Shown here one piece after another: positions 1 through 8,296 of a DNA stretch of 36,729 bases. Positions within the stretch are counted from its first letter, which is position 1. Every line of letters starts with the position of its first letter. The notes under the pieces are model-generated. The model did not search any database and had not been told where the DNA came from. It worked only from the letters and a program-made list of their open reading frames with translations. A program made the translations under genes and the position numbers. The stretch lies in the NCBI GenBank assembly GCA_964490385.1, contig CAZBDF010000001.1:1-36729 (forward strand). The letters run 5' to 3'. The DNA is from an uncultured Lentimicrobiaceae bacterium. Its GTDB lineage: Bacteria; Bacteroidota; Bacteroidia; Bacteroidales; 4484-276.

Positions 1-340
1 TAATTTTATTTAAGATTGCTGATTAATGAGTGTAGATTTTTGATTTATTATAATTTGATAATCAGGGACATCTTAAATTAAAAATCGTTAATCGACAATC
101 ATACATCATAATCATTGCCTAAACTTATTAGCATTGGTCCTCAGTTCGCAGTCTTCAGTGCCCTTGCTTAACCTACATTATTATGCATCATGTTTGTAAT
201 AAGTAGGGGTCATTGCGAGCGAAGCAAAGCAATCTTTTTCCAGCAATCCGTGTTTGATAAGTACTACTTTTTTTACTAAACTCTTTCCATAATAATTTCC
301 TTCCCACACCCTATTTCCTTCTCATCAACGTTAACCATTC

Positions 341-1390
341 ATGCTAAACCGATTTATAATTCTGTTCTTTCTAATTTTACAGTCGATTGTTGCATTGCCC
401 CAAAAGCCTGTAACAACATTTGACATTCCCATTTTTGCCTACCATCGCTTTGGTGATGATCGATATCCAAGCACAAACATTTCGCTGAAAATCTTCGAGG
501 AGCAGCTTCAATACTTGAAGCAAAATAATTACACTGTACTCACCTTTGGTGATGCTATTGCGAAATGGGAGAATTCTGGGCCAATTCCTGAAAAGGCGGT
601 GATACTTACCGTTGATGATGGCTATTTGAGTTTTTATACCGGCGGATTTCCATTACTGAAAAAGTACGACTTTAAGGCCACAGTTTTTGTTCAAACCGGA
701 ACGGTTGGTGGAGGTGATTTTATGTCGTGGCAACAAATCAAGGAGATTCAGGATGCCGGGATTGAAATTGGCAACCATTCTGATTCGCATGCGTATTTTG
801 TGAATTTACCTGAAAATGAAAGGAAAAGAGTTTTTCAATTAGATTTTGAAACTGCGTCTTCAGTATTAAAAATCCATCTTGGGAAGGCTCCCCAAATTTA
901 TGCATACCCTTATGGTGAATGGACAAAAGACATGGAAGACGTACTGCAAAGAAAAGGCGTGCTGGCAGCAGCAGTACAAAAATCAGGTGTGTTTTGCGAA
1001 AGCAGCCCTGCCTTTGCTATTCCGCGTTTCCCGATGGGCGGGCCATTTGCTACCATCAATGGATTTAAAAATAAGCTACAAATGAAAGCACTTCGAGTTG
1101 CGGAAGTCTCGCCAGCGACACCATTTTTGAATGAGAATCCACCCAAGCTGACTTTAAAACTTGTTCCCGGGAAAATCAACATCAACCAGGCCCAGTTTTT
1201 TGTAGGTGGGAAAAAATCAGAAAATATCGAGGTGAGTTTTGACAACGACATTCCTATCATTGAAGTTGTATCTCCCGAAAAACTCACCGACCGCCGCACG
1301 CTCTACACCATCACCGCTCCTTCGGTTGATGGGAAAACCTGGCACTGGTACAGCCATTTGTGGATCAGTCCGGAGGTGAAAGAGGAGTAA
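341..1390 (+). CDS. Secreted polysaccharide deacetylase family protein (NodB-homology / CE4-type)
   Basis: 349-aa ORF with a hydrophobic N-terminus (MLNRFIILFFLILQSIVALP). NodB-type motifs TVDDGY and HSDSH are at the expected spacing. Family call by motif recognition only. Confidence 0.85.
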   Translation: MLNRFIILFFLILQSIVALPQKPVTTFDIPIFAYHRFGDDRYPSTNISLKIFEEQLQYLKQNNYTVLTFGDAIAKWENSGPIPEKAVILTVDDGYLSFYTGGFPLLKKYDFKATVFVQTGTVGGGDFMSWQQIKEIQDAGIEIGNHSDSHAYFVNLPENERKRVFQLDFETASSVLKIHLGKAPQIYAYPYGEWTKDMEDVLQRKGVLAAAVQKSGVFCESSPAFAIPRFPMGGPFATINGFKNKLQMKALRVAEVSPATPFLNENPPKLTLKLVPGKININQAQFFVGGKKSENIEVSFDNDIPIIEVVSPEKLTDRRTLYTITAPSVDGKTWHWYSHLWISPEVKEE

Positions 1391-1527
1391 TAAGCTCACC
1401 AGCATCAATTAAAACTTCCAGTTTTTACCTTTAATCGTTTGCCCCAGGCAAGGCAACACTTGATTCAATACTCATGAAGAAATCGCATGGCCTGTCTGAA
1501 AATATGGCTGGCAGCCATGGCCTGAGT

Positions 1528-1758
1528 TTTGAATTTACAAATCCCTCGTCCGGGAATTTAATCAACATCGATATTATCGCGAAGGAGCTACAAACTGTAT
1601 CTTTTCGATTGTTTGGTTATCAGGGGCAAGTTTTATCGGAAACGCCAAAAAACACAATTCACCCTGGCAGAAGTCAATTTTCTTTTATTGTTGATTTCTT
1701 CCCGGGGATAGGGGAATCCATGCCTACAATTGTATCTGTAGTAACAAAAGATATTGTC
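1528..1758 (+). other. Orphan T9SS C-terminal-sorting-domain-like coding remnant, in frame with and directly upstream of the cyanophycinase signal peptide
   Basis: The 5' extension of ORF 1474..2613 translates as FEFTNPSSGNLINIDIIAKELQTVSFRLFGYQGQVLSETPKNTIHPGRSQFSFIVDFFPGIG. This follows the pattern of the bona fide CTDs in this window (YPNPa..l.i, then v.i.d..G..v, then l..G.Y). A CTD has no sensible role in front of a lipoprotein signal peptide. Confidence 0.3.
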
Positions 1759-2613
1759 ATGAGAAGAACCCAACTTTTTCAGTTTGTTGTGCTCGTATTG
1801 TTTTTCCTTATCAATGGATGCCAATCAAATACTCAAAAAGGCGAAACCGGTAGCCTGTTTATTATTGGCGGGGGCCAGCGCCCTCCTGAACTTATGCAAC
1901 AATTATTGGATGCTGCCAATCTCCAACCTGATGATTATATTCTTATCCTACCCTTTTCGAGTATTGAGCCCGTGGAATCTTCCAGGTATGTTACAAAGCA
2001 ATTCCTTGAACTTGGGGTATCAACTATTAAAACCCTGTTTCTAAATACTGATTCATTGTTATCTGCGTCAGCGCTGGATTCGGTGAGGGAAGCACGACTG
2101 ATTTATATCACGGGTGGAAATCAGAATTTGTTTATGAAAACTGCCAAACGAACCGGTTTAACCACTGCTATCCACGATGCATATATGCAAGGTGCAATGA
2201 TTGCCGGAACCAGTGCCGGGGCAGCTGTTATGAGTAAAAAAATGATTACCGGCAATCAGCTATCACTCGCTGAATACTCGGGGAATTTTAGGACAATCCA
2301 CCAAAATAACATCGAAATTAGCGAGGGTTTGGGGCTGCTTAACAACGCCATCATCGACCAGCACTTTATCCAGCGCGCGCGCATGAACCGTTTGCTTTCG
2401 GTTGCTATCGAATACCCGGACGAGTTATGCATTGGTATCGACGAATCCACTGCAATTCTTGTAAATGGAGATAATGCAATTGTAGTTGGGAGTAGTCAGG
2501 TTGTTGTAGTCAGTAATCACGACAAGCTAATGAAAACTCACAATGGTTTGCTTGGCGCTGAAGATCTACAAGTAAAAGTGCTGCTTCCGGGAGATTCTTT
2601 TAAAATTGATTAG
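1759..2613 (+). CDS. Cyanophycinase (peptidase family S51), predicted lipoprotein
   Basis: Cyanophycinase signature blocks are present: IIGGG, ITGGNQ, GTSAGAAVMS (nucleophile Ser), DQHFIQRARMNRL (His) and GIDESTAI. Start moved from the ORF-track 1474 to the ATG at 1759, which gives a lipobox-type signal peptide MRRTQLFQFVVLVLFFLINGC. Confidence 0.85.
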   Translation: MRRTQLFQFVVLVLFFLINGCQSNTQKGETGSLFIIGGGQRPPELMQQLLDAANLQPDDYILILPFSSIEPVESSRYVTKQFLELGVSTIKTLFLNTDSLLSASALDSVREARLIYITGGNQNLFMKTAKRTGLTTAIHDAYMQGAMIAGTSAGAAVMSKKMITGNQLSLAEYSGNFRTIHQNNIEISEGLGLLNNAIIDQHFIQRARMNRLLSVAIEYPDELCIGIDESTAILVNGDNAIVVGSSQVVVVSNHDKLMKTHNGLLGAEDLQVKVLLPGDSFKID

Positions 2614-2626
2614 CAGGTATTGATTT

Positions 2627-4039
2627 ATGAAAATAAAAACAATCGCCCCCAAAATCCCTGACACTTTTTCTATTCTGCTCATTATCATGGTAATATTTAT
2701 CGCCCTGACCTGGATAATACCTGCCGGGATGTACGACCGTGAGGTTTCAGATTTTGGGGGCATCCGCAAAGAAGTGCTGATACCAGGTTCTTACCGCCAG
2801 GTAGATTCGAACCCCCAGGGGATTGGTGCATTTTTAATGGCACCCATCAGGGGATTTATAGCTGCATCACAAATTATTGGGTTTTGCCTGCTTGTTGGAG
2901 GGGCCTTTGGAGTTTTCAACCGCACGGGAGCCATCAATGCCGGATTGACACAGGTGCTTAAAAACAGTCGAAAAAATCCCCGCCAGAAAAAGTTTATTGT
3001 CCCTTTGGTGATGCTGATTTTTTCACTTGCTGGCGCCACTTTTGGCATGAGCGAAAGTGTTTTGGTATTTATAATAATAACCATACCACTGTCACTTGCA
3101 TTGGGCTACGACAGTATTGTAGGTATTTGCATGTCGTTTTTGGCAGCTGGGGTAGGCTTCGCAGGTGCATTTTTCAATCCATTTACCATCGGTATCGCGC
3201 AGGGCATTTCCGAGATCCCCTTGTTCAGTGGTTGGGAATACAGGATTGTAATATGGCTTGTACTAACACTTGCCGCGATACTTTTCGTAGCGCGATACAT
3301 CAGGAAAATTGAAAAAAACCCTGAGCTCAGCCCGGTTTATCAAATTGATCAAAAAAGGAAACCAAGCACCATCGACAAGAATGACACCACAAAAATGACA
3401 ATAAAGCATAAAATCATTCTTTGGATATTGCTCGCTACTTTTATTATCCTGGTCATTGGATCGAACAACTGGAAATGGTATATTAACGAGATAGCGGCAC
3501 TTTTTACCGCTGCTGCAATCGTGGTGGCAATCATCTTTCGCTTGTCGGGGAAAAATGCGATGGAGGCTTTCGTGGAAGGTGCAAAGGGAATGACAATGGC
3601 AGCCTTGGTAATTGGTATTTCGAGGGGCTTACTTATCATTGCCACTGATGGCAAAATCATCGATACCATGCTTCATTCAATGGCTGAAGCCACGTCAGGA
3701 GTATCACCCGCCATTACTGCCCAAATCATGTTCCTGGTGCAAGGGGCCATCAACTTCTTCGTTCCTTCGGGTTCGGGGCAGGCGGCGCTTACCATGCCGG
3801 TTATGGCACCCCTAAGCGACCTGGTTGGTGTTTCGCGTCAAACGGCGGTACTGGCTTTTCAGCTCGGCGATGGTATTTTTAATATGATTATCCCCACCAG
3901 TGGAGTTACCATGGGCGCGCTTTCTATTGCCAAAATTCCTTATCAATTGTGGTTTAAATGGTTGCTTCCGCTAATCCTGATCCTAATGATCTTGGCCATG
4001 ATCTTGATGATCCCTCCCACAATTATGTTTCAATATTAA
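2627..4039 (+). CDS. YfcC / C4-dicarboxylate anaerobic carrier (DcuC-like) family integral membrane transporter
   Basis: 470-aa polytopic membrane protein with many hydrophobic helices. Its overall sequence resembles YfcC-type 'putative basic amino acid antiporter' proteins. It starts 13 nt after the cyanophycinase stop, so it is probably co-transcribed. Confidence 0.8.
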   Translation: MKIKTIAPKIPDTFSILLIIMVIFIALTWIIPAGMYDREVSDFGGIRKEVLIPGSYRQVDSNPQGIGAFLMAPIRGFIAASQIIGFCLLVGGAFGVFNRTGAINAGLTQVLKNSRKNPRQKKFIVPLVMLIFSLAGATFGMSESVLVFIIITIPLSLALGYDSIVGICMSFLAAGVGFAGAFFNPFTIGIAQGISEIPLFSGWEYRIVIWLVLTLAAILFVARYIRKIEKNPELSPVYQIDQKRKPSTIDKNDTTKMTIKHKIILWILLATFIILVIGSNNWKWYINEIAALFTAAAIVVAIIFRLSGKNAMEAFVEGAKGMTMAALVIGISRGLLIIATDGKIIDTMLHSMAEATSGVSPAITAQIMFLVQGAINFFVPSGSGQAALTMPVMAPLSDLVGVSRQTAVLAFQLGDGIFNMIIPTSGVTMGALSIAKIPYQLWFKWLLPLILILMILAMILMIPPTIMFQY

Positions 4040-4053
4040 CCTGATTTATCCAG

Positions 4054-4087
4054 AAAAAAAAGAGGCTGCCCGAACCGGGCAACCTCT
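4054..4087 (-). terminator. Rho-independent terminator for the minus-strand T9SS gene, between convergent genes
   Basis: Stem agaggctgcccg (4061-4072) pairs with cgggcaacctct (4076-4087): 12 bp with one mismatch and a 3-nt loop. The A7 run at 4054-4060 reads as a U tract after the hairpin on the minus strand. Confidence 0.6.
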
Positions 4088-4112
4088 AATCAAAACTATG
4101 AGAAAAATCGTA

Positions 4113-5765
4113 TTACTTGATTACAAACCTTGAAGTTTGTGTTTCATTCGCTGTTTGAACTTTCAAAAAATATACACCGGCAGGCAGGTCGGAAACACTG
4201 ATTGTTTGGGTGTTGCTATTACTAACATTGGATTTCATAACGAGGCTTCCATGGATGTTAACAATACTTAGGTTTTGGATATCATTTCCTGAAACAATAT
4301 TCAAAATATCTGTTGCAGGATTTGGATATATCGCGAGCGAAGTAACTTCCTGATCAGATATACCTGTTGTATTGGTGATATCATCAGCATCGCGTGGGTT
4401 AAGTCTATACTCTCCAAAAGAAAAATCGACAACACCGGTGATACGGTAAACTTCACCAACTGTTAAAACCACATTTAGCAGCTGATAATCCACGTTATCT
4501 CCAATTTTAAATTGTGTTGTGCCGTCATCATCTGTACAGAGATAGTAGAAGTCCTCTTCGTTGTATTCAGTTACCAGGGCATTTTGAATATAGGTTAGCT
4601 GGCCTTCCCATTTTTCAGCCGATTCGCTGCCGGCAGGAAGAGTTATGTCTATATCGGCACCCATAATGAGTGAAGCAGGGTAAGGGTTATTCCCGGTGCT
4701 AAGGGTCTGAATGAGTATTGGGGAAACCAATTCATTTAAATCGTAATAAACATCTCTTTTTGCAGTAAAGATTACCTCGTCGCCCACGGCAACTTCTTCC
4801 TGAAAACTAAACCCAAAAATCATTACACCATGATAAGCACCTTCAGCATCGTGAACCCAAACATTGTTGTAGGCATCGTTGGCTGAAATGATTGCATGGA
4901 AGGTTGCAGAAATATCATTTTCGAGTACGCCATCAGGATTTGCATCATTGGTATGCGCGATGGATGCCATTCCTGCATAAATGTTAACAGGCTCGTCCAT
5001 TCCATCCTGGTTAAGCTGGTCAATGGTTAAATCGAAAACCATACTTTCGGATGCGTCACTCAGGTGTACCAGAGTCGCATCATCAGCATCAATCATAGCA
5101 CTACTAAAGGTAATATCTGTTGTGCCACTCAACATGAAATCAGCAGCATTTACTGCTTCAACATTTCCATTATAGCGCACATCCACTTCAGTTTCGCTCA
5201 TGCAATATGCATTTTCCATGGCCAATGTGGTCCATTCTTCGTATCCGCCATTTACAACAAGGTTGGTTCCACCGCTTTCTACAAAGGAAGCATTGTCAAC
5301 ATACACGGTGGCTTCATCCACAAAATCATCCTGGTCGTAAAACTTGATCCAAACGTAGGAAAATACAGCCTCATCAGGAACTACCGCAGTCCAGGTGATG
5401 GTTTGCCACTCGGGATTGTCTTCGGAATATATGGGAGCTTCGCCATAAATGTCATTCCCATCAGCATCGTAAAAATCTGCATAAATCTTTAAGCGGCCCC
5501 TGGTATCATTATCCAGGATATCCAGTGAAAACGTGTACTCTGCTCCTGTATTCACTGCGAAGTTGTCGCTTAGTAAATATGGCACATTGGTGGTGTGAAG
5601 GTTCATCTGGCAGGATTTAGCCCCTTCAGTAAAAAATTCCGTGTTGGGCTCCAGGCTAATATCGCCCGGGCTTGGTGCGTCGATGAACCAGTTTGTTGGT
5701 ACCTGGGCCGTAAGATTAAAGGCCAGTACCATGCATGTTAAAAAGAGTAAATGTTTCAGTTTCAT
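4113..5765 (-). CDS. T9SS-secreted protein with an N-terminal CBM-like beta-sandwich, a central OB-fold-like region and a C-terminal Por/T9SS sorting domain
   Basis: Signal peptide MKLKHLLFLTCMVLAFNLTAQ. C-terminus is LAIYPNPATDILNIV...LPAGVYFLKVQTANETQTSRFVIK, a typical T9SS CTD. The N-terminal roughly 170 aa resemble carbohydrate-binding-module-like jelly rolls. The internal domain calls are tentative. Confidence 0.8.
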   Translation of the reverse strand: MKLKHLLFLTCMVLAFNLTAQVPTNWFIDAPSPGDISLEPNTEFFTEGAKSCQMNLHTTNVPYLLSDNFAVNTGAEYTFSLDILDNDTRGRLKIYADFYDADGNDIYGEAPIYSEDNPEWQTITWTAVVPDEAVFSYVWIKFYDQDDFVDEATVYVDNASFVESGGTNLVVNGGYEEWTTLAMENAYCMSETEVDVRYNGNVEAVNAADFMLSGTTDITFSSAMIDADDATLVHLSDASESMVFDLTIDQLNQDGMDEPVNIYAGMASIAHTNDANPDGVLENDISATFHAIISANDAYNNVWVHDAEGAYHGVMIFGFSFQEEVAVGDEVIFTAKRDVYYDLNELVSPILIQTLSTGNNPYPASLIMGADIDITLPAGSESAEKWEGQLTYIQNALVTEYNEEDFYYLCTDDDGTTQFKIGDNVDYQLLNVVLTVGEVYRITGVVDFSFGEYRLNPRDADDITNTTGISDQEVTSLAIYPNPATDILNIVSGNDIQNLSIVNIHGSLVMKSNVSNSNTQTISVSDLPAGVYFLKVQTANETQTSRFVIK

Positions 5766-5791
5766 AATTAATTAATTTTTAGTTAAACATA

Positions 5792-6946
5792 TTATCTGTA
5801 TTTATCAATTCCTATCGCGTAAGGGTTGCAGTCAGTTATAAAATCTTCCTTCTCGCTGCCATCGAGGTTGGCGCGTACAATAATGCCATTGGTTTTGTCG
5901 CTCCAGTATAATTTGCCTGCATCCAAATCGATGTCCATTCCCCAGCAAAATATTTCTGTCATTTCGGGGGCAATCACAACCTCCCCTGTCCCATCCAGGT
6001 TAGCCTTGCAGATGCCTTTGTCGAAATCGGCATAATACATTTTATTGTTTTCAACATCTATGCACATGGCACCACCATTTGTTCCGGGTACCAGTTCAGT
6101 AAAGGTATTTCCATTGAAATCGACACTGTACATCCCGCCGGTAAAATCATACTTATCATTTGTAAAAATAAACTTTTCTGATAAATAATCCCAGGCAAGG
6201 TCGATGGCCATTTCGGGAGGTGTGGAAAGCGACATGGGAATAAATATCTCCGATTCACTGCCATCGAAGTTGCACCTGCCAATGGCTTCCTGGGTTCCCC
6301 AGTACAATTTATCACCCACTATTTCGAGCCCAAAGGGATCGATAAGGTTGGGGTCGTTGATATCAATCACTACCTGAAGGTCGAAGCCTTCGAGGTCGTA
6401 ACTATAAATCACACCCTCGCGGTAATCAGAAACAATTACCCTTGCATTGCTGGTGTCGATTACCATTCCATAGGGTTTATCCAGGCCGGTGTGCCCAAAG
6501 TCCTGAACTATCGGTGCATTGTCGTCTAAAACTGCATACCGCACGCTGTGGGTAGTACGGTCGGTAAAATAGAGGGTTTTCGTTTTTCCGGCAGTAGGAT
6601 CCTTCACCTGCAAGTTTACAACCTTTTTAAGTGTATTGTAGTAAACCTCGTTAGACGCACCAACGGTAAGCGCAACAGTGTAAGTGCCCGGCTCGGTGTA
6701 GCTTATTTCCGGTTCCATTTCGGTGGATGTTTCGCCATTGCCAAATTCCCACAGGTAGGATGTGGCAAGAATAGATTTATTTGTGAATTTGACTGTTGTG
6801 GGAGCAGTAAGGTTATTGGTGGCCTCGTATTCGAAGTTGGCAATGGTACTGGCTTCCGGCATCAGTTCCCCGTCTTTGCATGCATCCAGCAGCAGTATCC
6901 CAATTAGGATGAAAATAAGGTTTAAAAATATTGTCGAACGTTTCAT
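5792..6946 (-). CDS. Lipoprotein with a PKD domain followed by YWTD-type six-bladed beta-propeller repeats
   Basis: Lipobox signal MKRSTIFLNLIFILIGILLLDAC. PKD-like segment VKFTNKSILATSYLWEFGNGETS...GTYTVALTV. Repeated KLYWGT, KMYYADF and KLYWSDK blade motifs. Confidence 0.8.
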   Translation of the reverse strand: MKRSTIFLNLIFILIGILLLDACKDGELMPEASTIANFEYEATNNLTAPTTVKFTNKSILATSYLWEFGNGETSTEMEPEISYTEPGTYTVALTVGASNEVYYNTLKKVVNLQVKDPTAGKTKTLYFTDRTTHSVRYAVLDDNAPIVQDFGHTGLDKPYGMVIDTSNARVIVSDYREGVIYSYDLEGFDLQVVIDINDPNLIDPFGLEIVGDKLYWGTQEAIGRCNFDGSESEIFIPMSLSTPPEMAIDLAWDYLSEKFIFTNDKYDFTGGMYSVDFNGNTFTELVPGTNGGAMCIDVENNKMYYADFDKGICKANLDGTGEVVIAPEMTEIFCWGMDIDLDAGKLYWSDKTNGIIVRANLDGSEKEDFITDCNPYAIGIDKYR

Positions 6947-6964
6947 TGTATTAAGTTTTTCGTT

Positions 6965-8290
6965 TTAATAGCCGGGATTTTGATTTTCGGGGCCAATTGC
7001 TGAATTTGTATTTATTTCGGCAAAGGGGATTGGAAAAAGTAGCTGGTCGGAACTGTTCACTGTTGGCAGGGTTTGGAGGGCAAGATTGCTCCTGATTAAA
7101 TCGAACCATCGCTGGCCTTCAAAGGTAAATTCCAACTGGCGTTGCTGAAGCATTTCCTGGAGCAGGGCATCATAATCCTGCAGGTCGACAGGCTCCAGCA
7201 TCGCCCTTTCGCGAATGGCATTGATGTCGGCATTGATTCCATCAAAGGCCGACTGCTGGCGGATACGGGCTTCGGCACGGATGAGGTACATTTCGGCAAG
7301 CCGGAACACGTACACCCGATCAGCACCGCTTGAAATCTGCCAGTATTTGATTGAATATGGCTTATCCGAAAAACCGTCGAAGGAGGCATTCAGGCGTGTA
7401 TCTTCTGCAGTAAATAGATTGATCAAATCCTCAGTTGGCGACACTTCGTAACGGCCTCCCAGCGAAGAAGGGAAACAATACTCGGCCATGCGGTTTTTGT
7501 CCTGATCGTTGTACTGCACTTCAAAAATAGATTCAGTATTGTTTTCGGAATTAAACAAGGAACTATAATCCGCCACAAGCGAATAATTGGTATTATTAAT
7601 TACAGCATTCGCGTAGCTTTCCGCGTCAGCCCACCTTAGGTCGTAAAGGGCAATTTTGGCAAGCAAAGCTTGTGCCGCTACTGACGATGCCTTCCCGCTG
7701 GCCGTGTTGCCAATGTTTTGGCTGGCAAATTCAAGATCACCAACAATGTGGGTCAACACGTCTGCCATGGACGAACGTGGTGTATCCAAATCGTCGGTCG
7801 ATAAAGTTGGTGTAACTTTTAATGGCGTATCCCCAAAATACCTGACAAGGTTAAAATAAGCCAGGCTCCTGATAAAATACAATTGCCCGGTGATGTTATT
7901 TTTATCTGCATCAGAAATATTTTCTACATTAGGCAGGTAATACAATACATTGTTTACACGGTTGATGGCAATATAACAAGCATTCCAGATTGATTCCGCG
8001 ATGGTATTGTTCGAAAGCAGGTTGTTCAAACTGATGTTGTAATATTCCAGGATGGTTCCGGTGGCATTGGCATTGTCCGACGAAAGCTCGGCAGCTAAAA
8101 CAGTATGCCGGCCATAAAATCCTGGCAATTGCAGGGCATCATAACAACCGTTGAGGGCCTGGTTGAGGTCTGATTGTGTTTGAATAGCCTCATTGGCAGG
8201 TATTGATTGTGTAGGCCCTGTATCAAGCTTGGCGCAGGATGCTGCTACAAATATCAAAAACAGAAATAATATATTCTTTTTCATTGTCAT
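6965..8290 (-). CDS. SusD/RagB family outer-membrane nutrient-binding lipoprotein
   Basis: Lipoprotein signal (FLIFVAASC) and the TPR-like SusD sequence character (LYFIRSLAYFNLVRYFGDTPL, AEMYLIRAEA, QRQLEFTFEGQRWFDLIR). It lies 6 nt downstream of the SusC-type gene. Confidence 0.9.
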   Translation of the reverse strand: MTMKKNILFLFLIFVAASCAKLDTGPTQSIPANEAIQTQSDLNQALNGCYDALQLPGFYGRHTVLAAELSSDNANATGTILEYYNISLNNLLSNNTIAESIWNACYIAINRVNNVLYYLPNVENISDADKNNITGQLYFIRSLAYFNLVRYFGDTPLKVTPTLSTDDLDTPRSSMADVLTHIVGDLEFASQNIGNTASGKASSVAAQALLAKIALYDLRWADAESYANAVINNTNYSLVADYSSLFNSENNTESIFEVQYNDQDKNRMAEYCFPSSLGGRYEVSPTEDLINLFTAEDTRLNASFDGFSDKPYSIKYWQISSGADRVYVFRLAEMYLIRAEARIRQQSAFDGINADINAIRERAMLEPVDLQDYDALLQEMLQQRQLEFTFEGQRWFDLIRSNLALQTLPTVNSSDQLLFPIPFAEINTNSAIGPENQNPGY

Positions 8291-8296
8291 AAGTTT

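Noticed and set aside
1474-1758. Using the longest-ORF starts for cyanophycinase (1474), iadA (16746) and purH (26444)
   Set aside because: Internal ATGs at 1759, 16692 and 26351 give canonical N-termini: a lipoprotein signal peptide, MILIKNAQIF directly before the IadA fold, and MEDFRQIKSVLISVYEK of the PurH MGS domain. The extensions have no homology-like character.
2801-2820. tRNA-like T-arm string (agattcgaaccccc)
   Set aside because: It lies inside the well-supported YfcC-type CDS. No acceptor, D or anticodon arms can be drawn around it, so it is a chance match.
5064-5492. Long antisense or overlapping ORFs inside large genes (for example 5064-5492 +, 6548-6907 +, 11024-11374 +, 16210-16662 +, 24937-25368 +, 27226-27603 -, 29240-29602 -)
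   Set aside because: Each lies wholly within a CDS that has strong family signatures on the opposite strand or in another frame. Their translations are compositionally odd and lack motifs, so they are the typical shadow ORFs of long genes.
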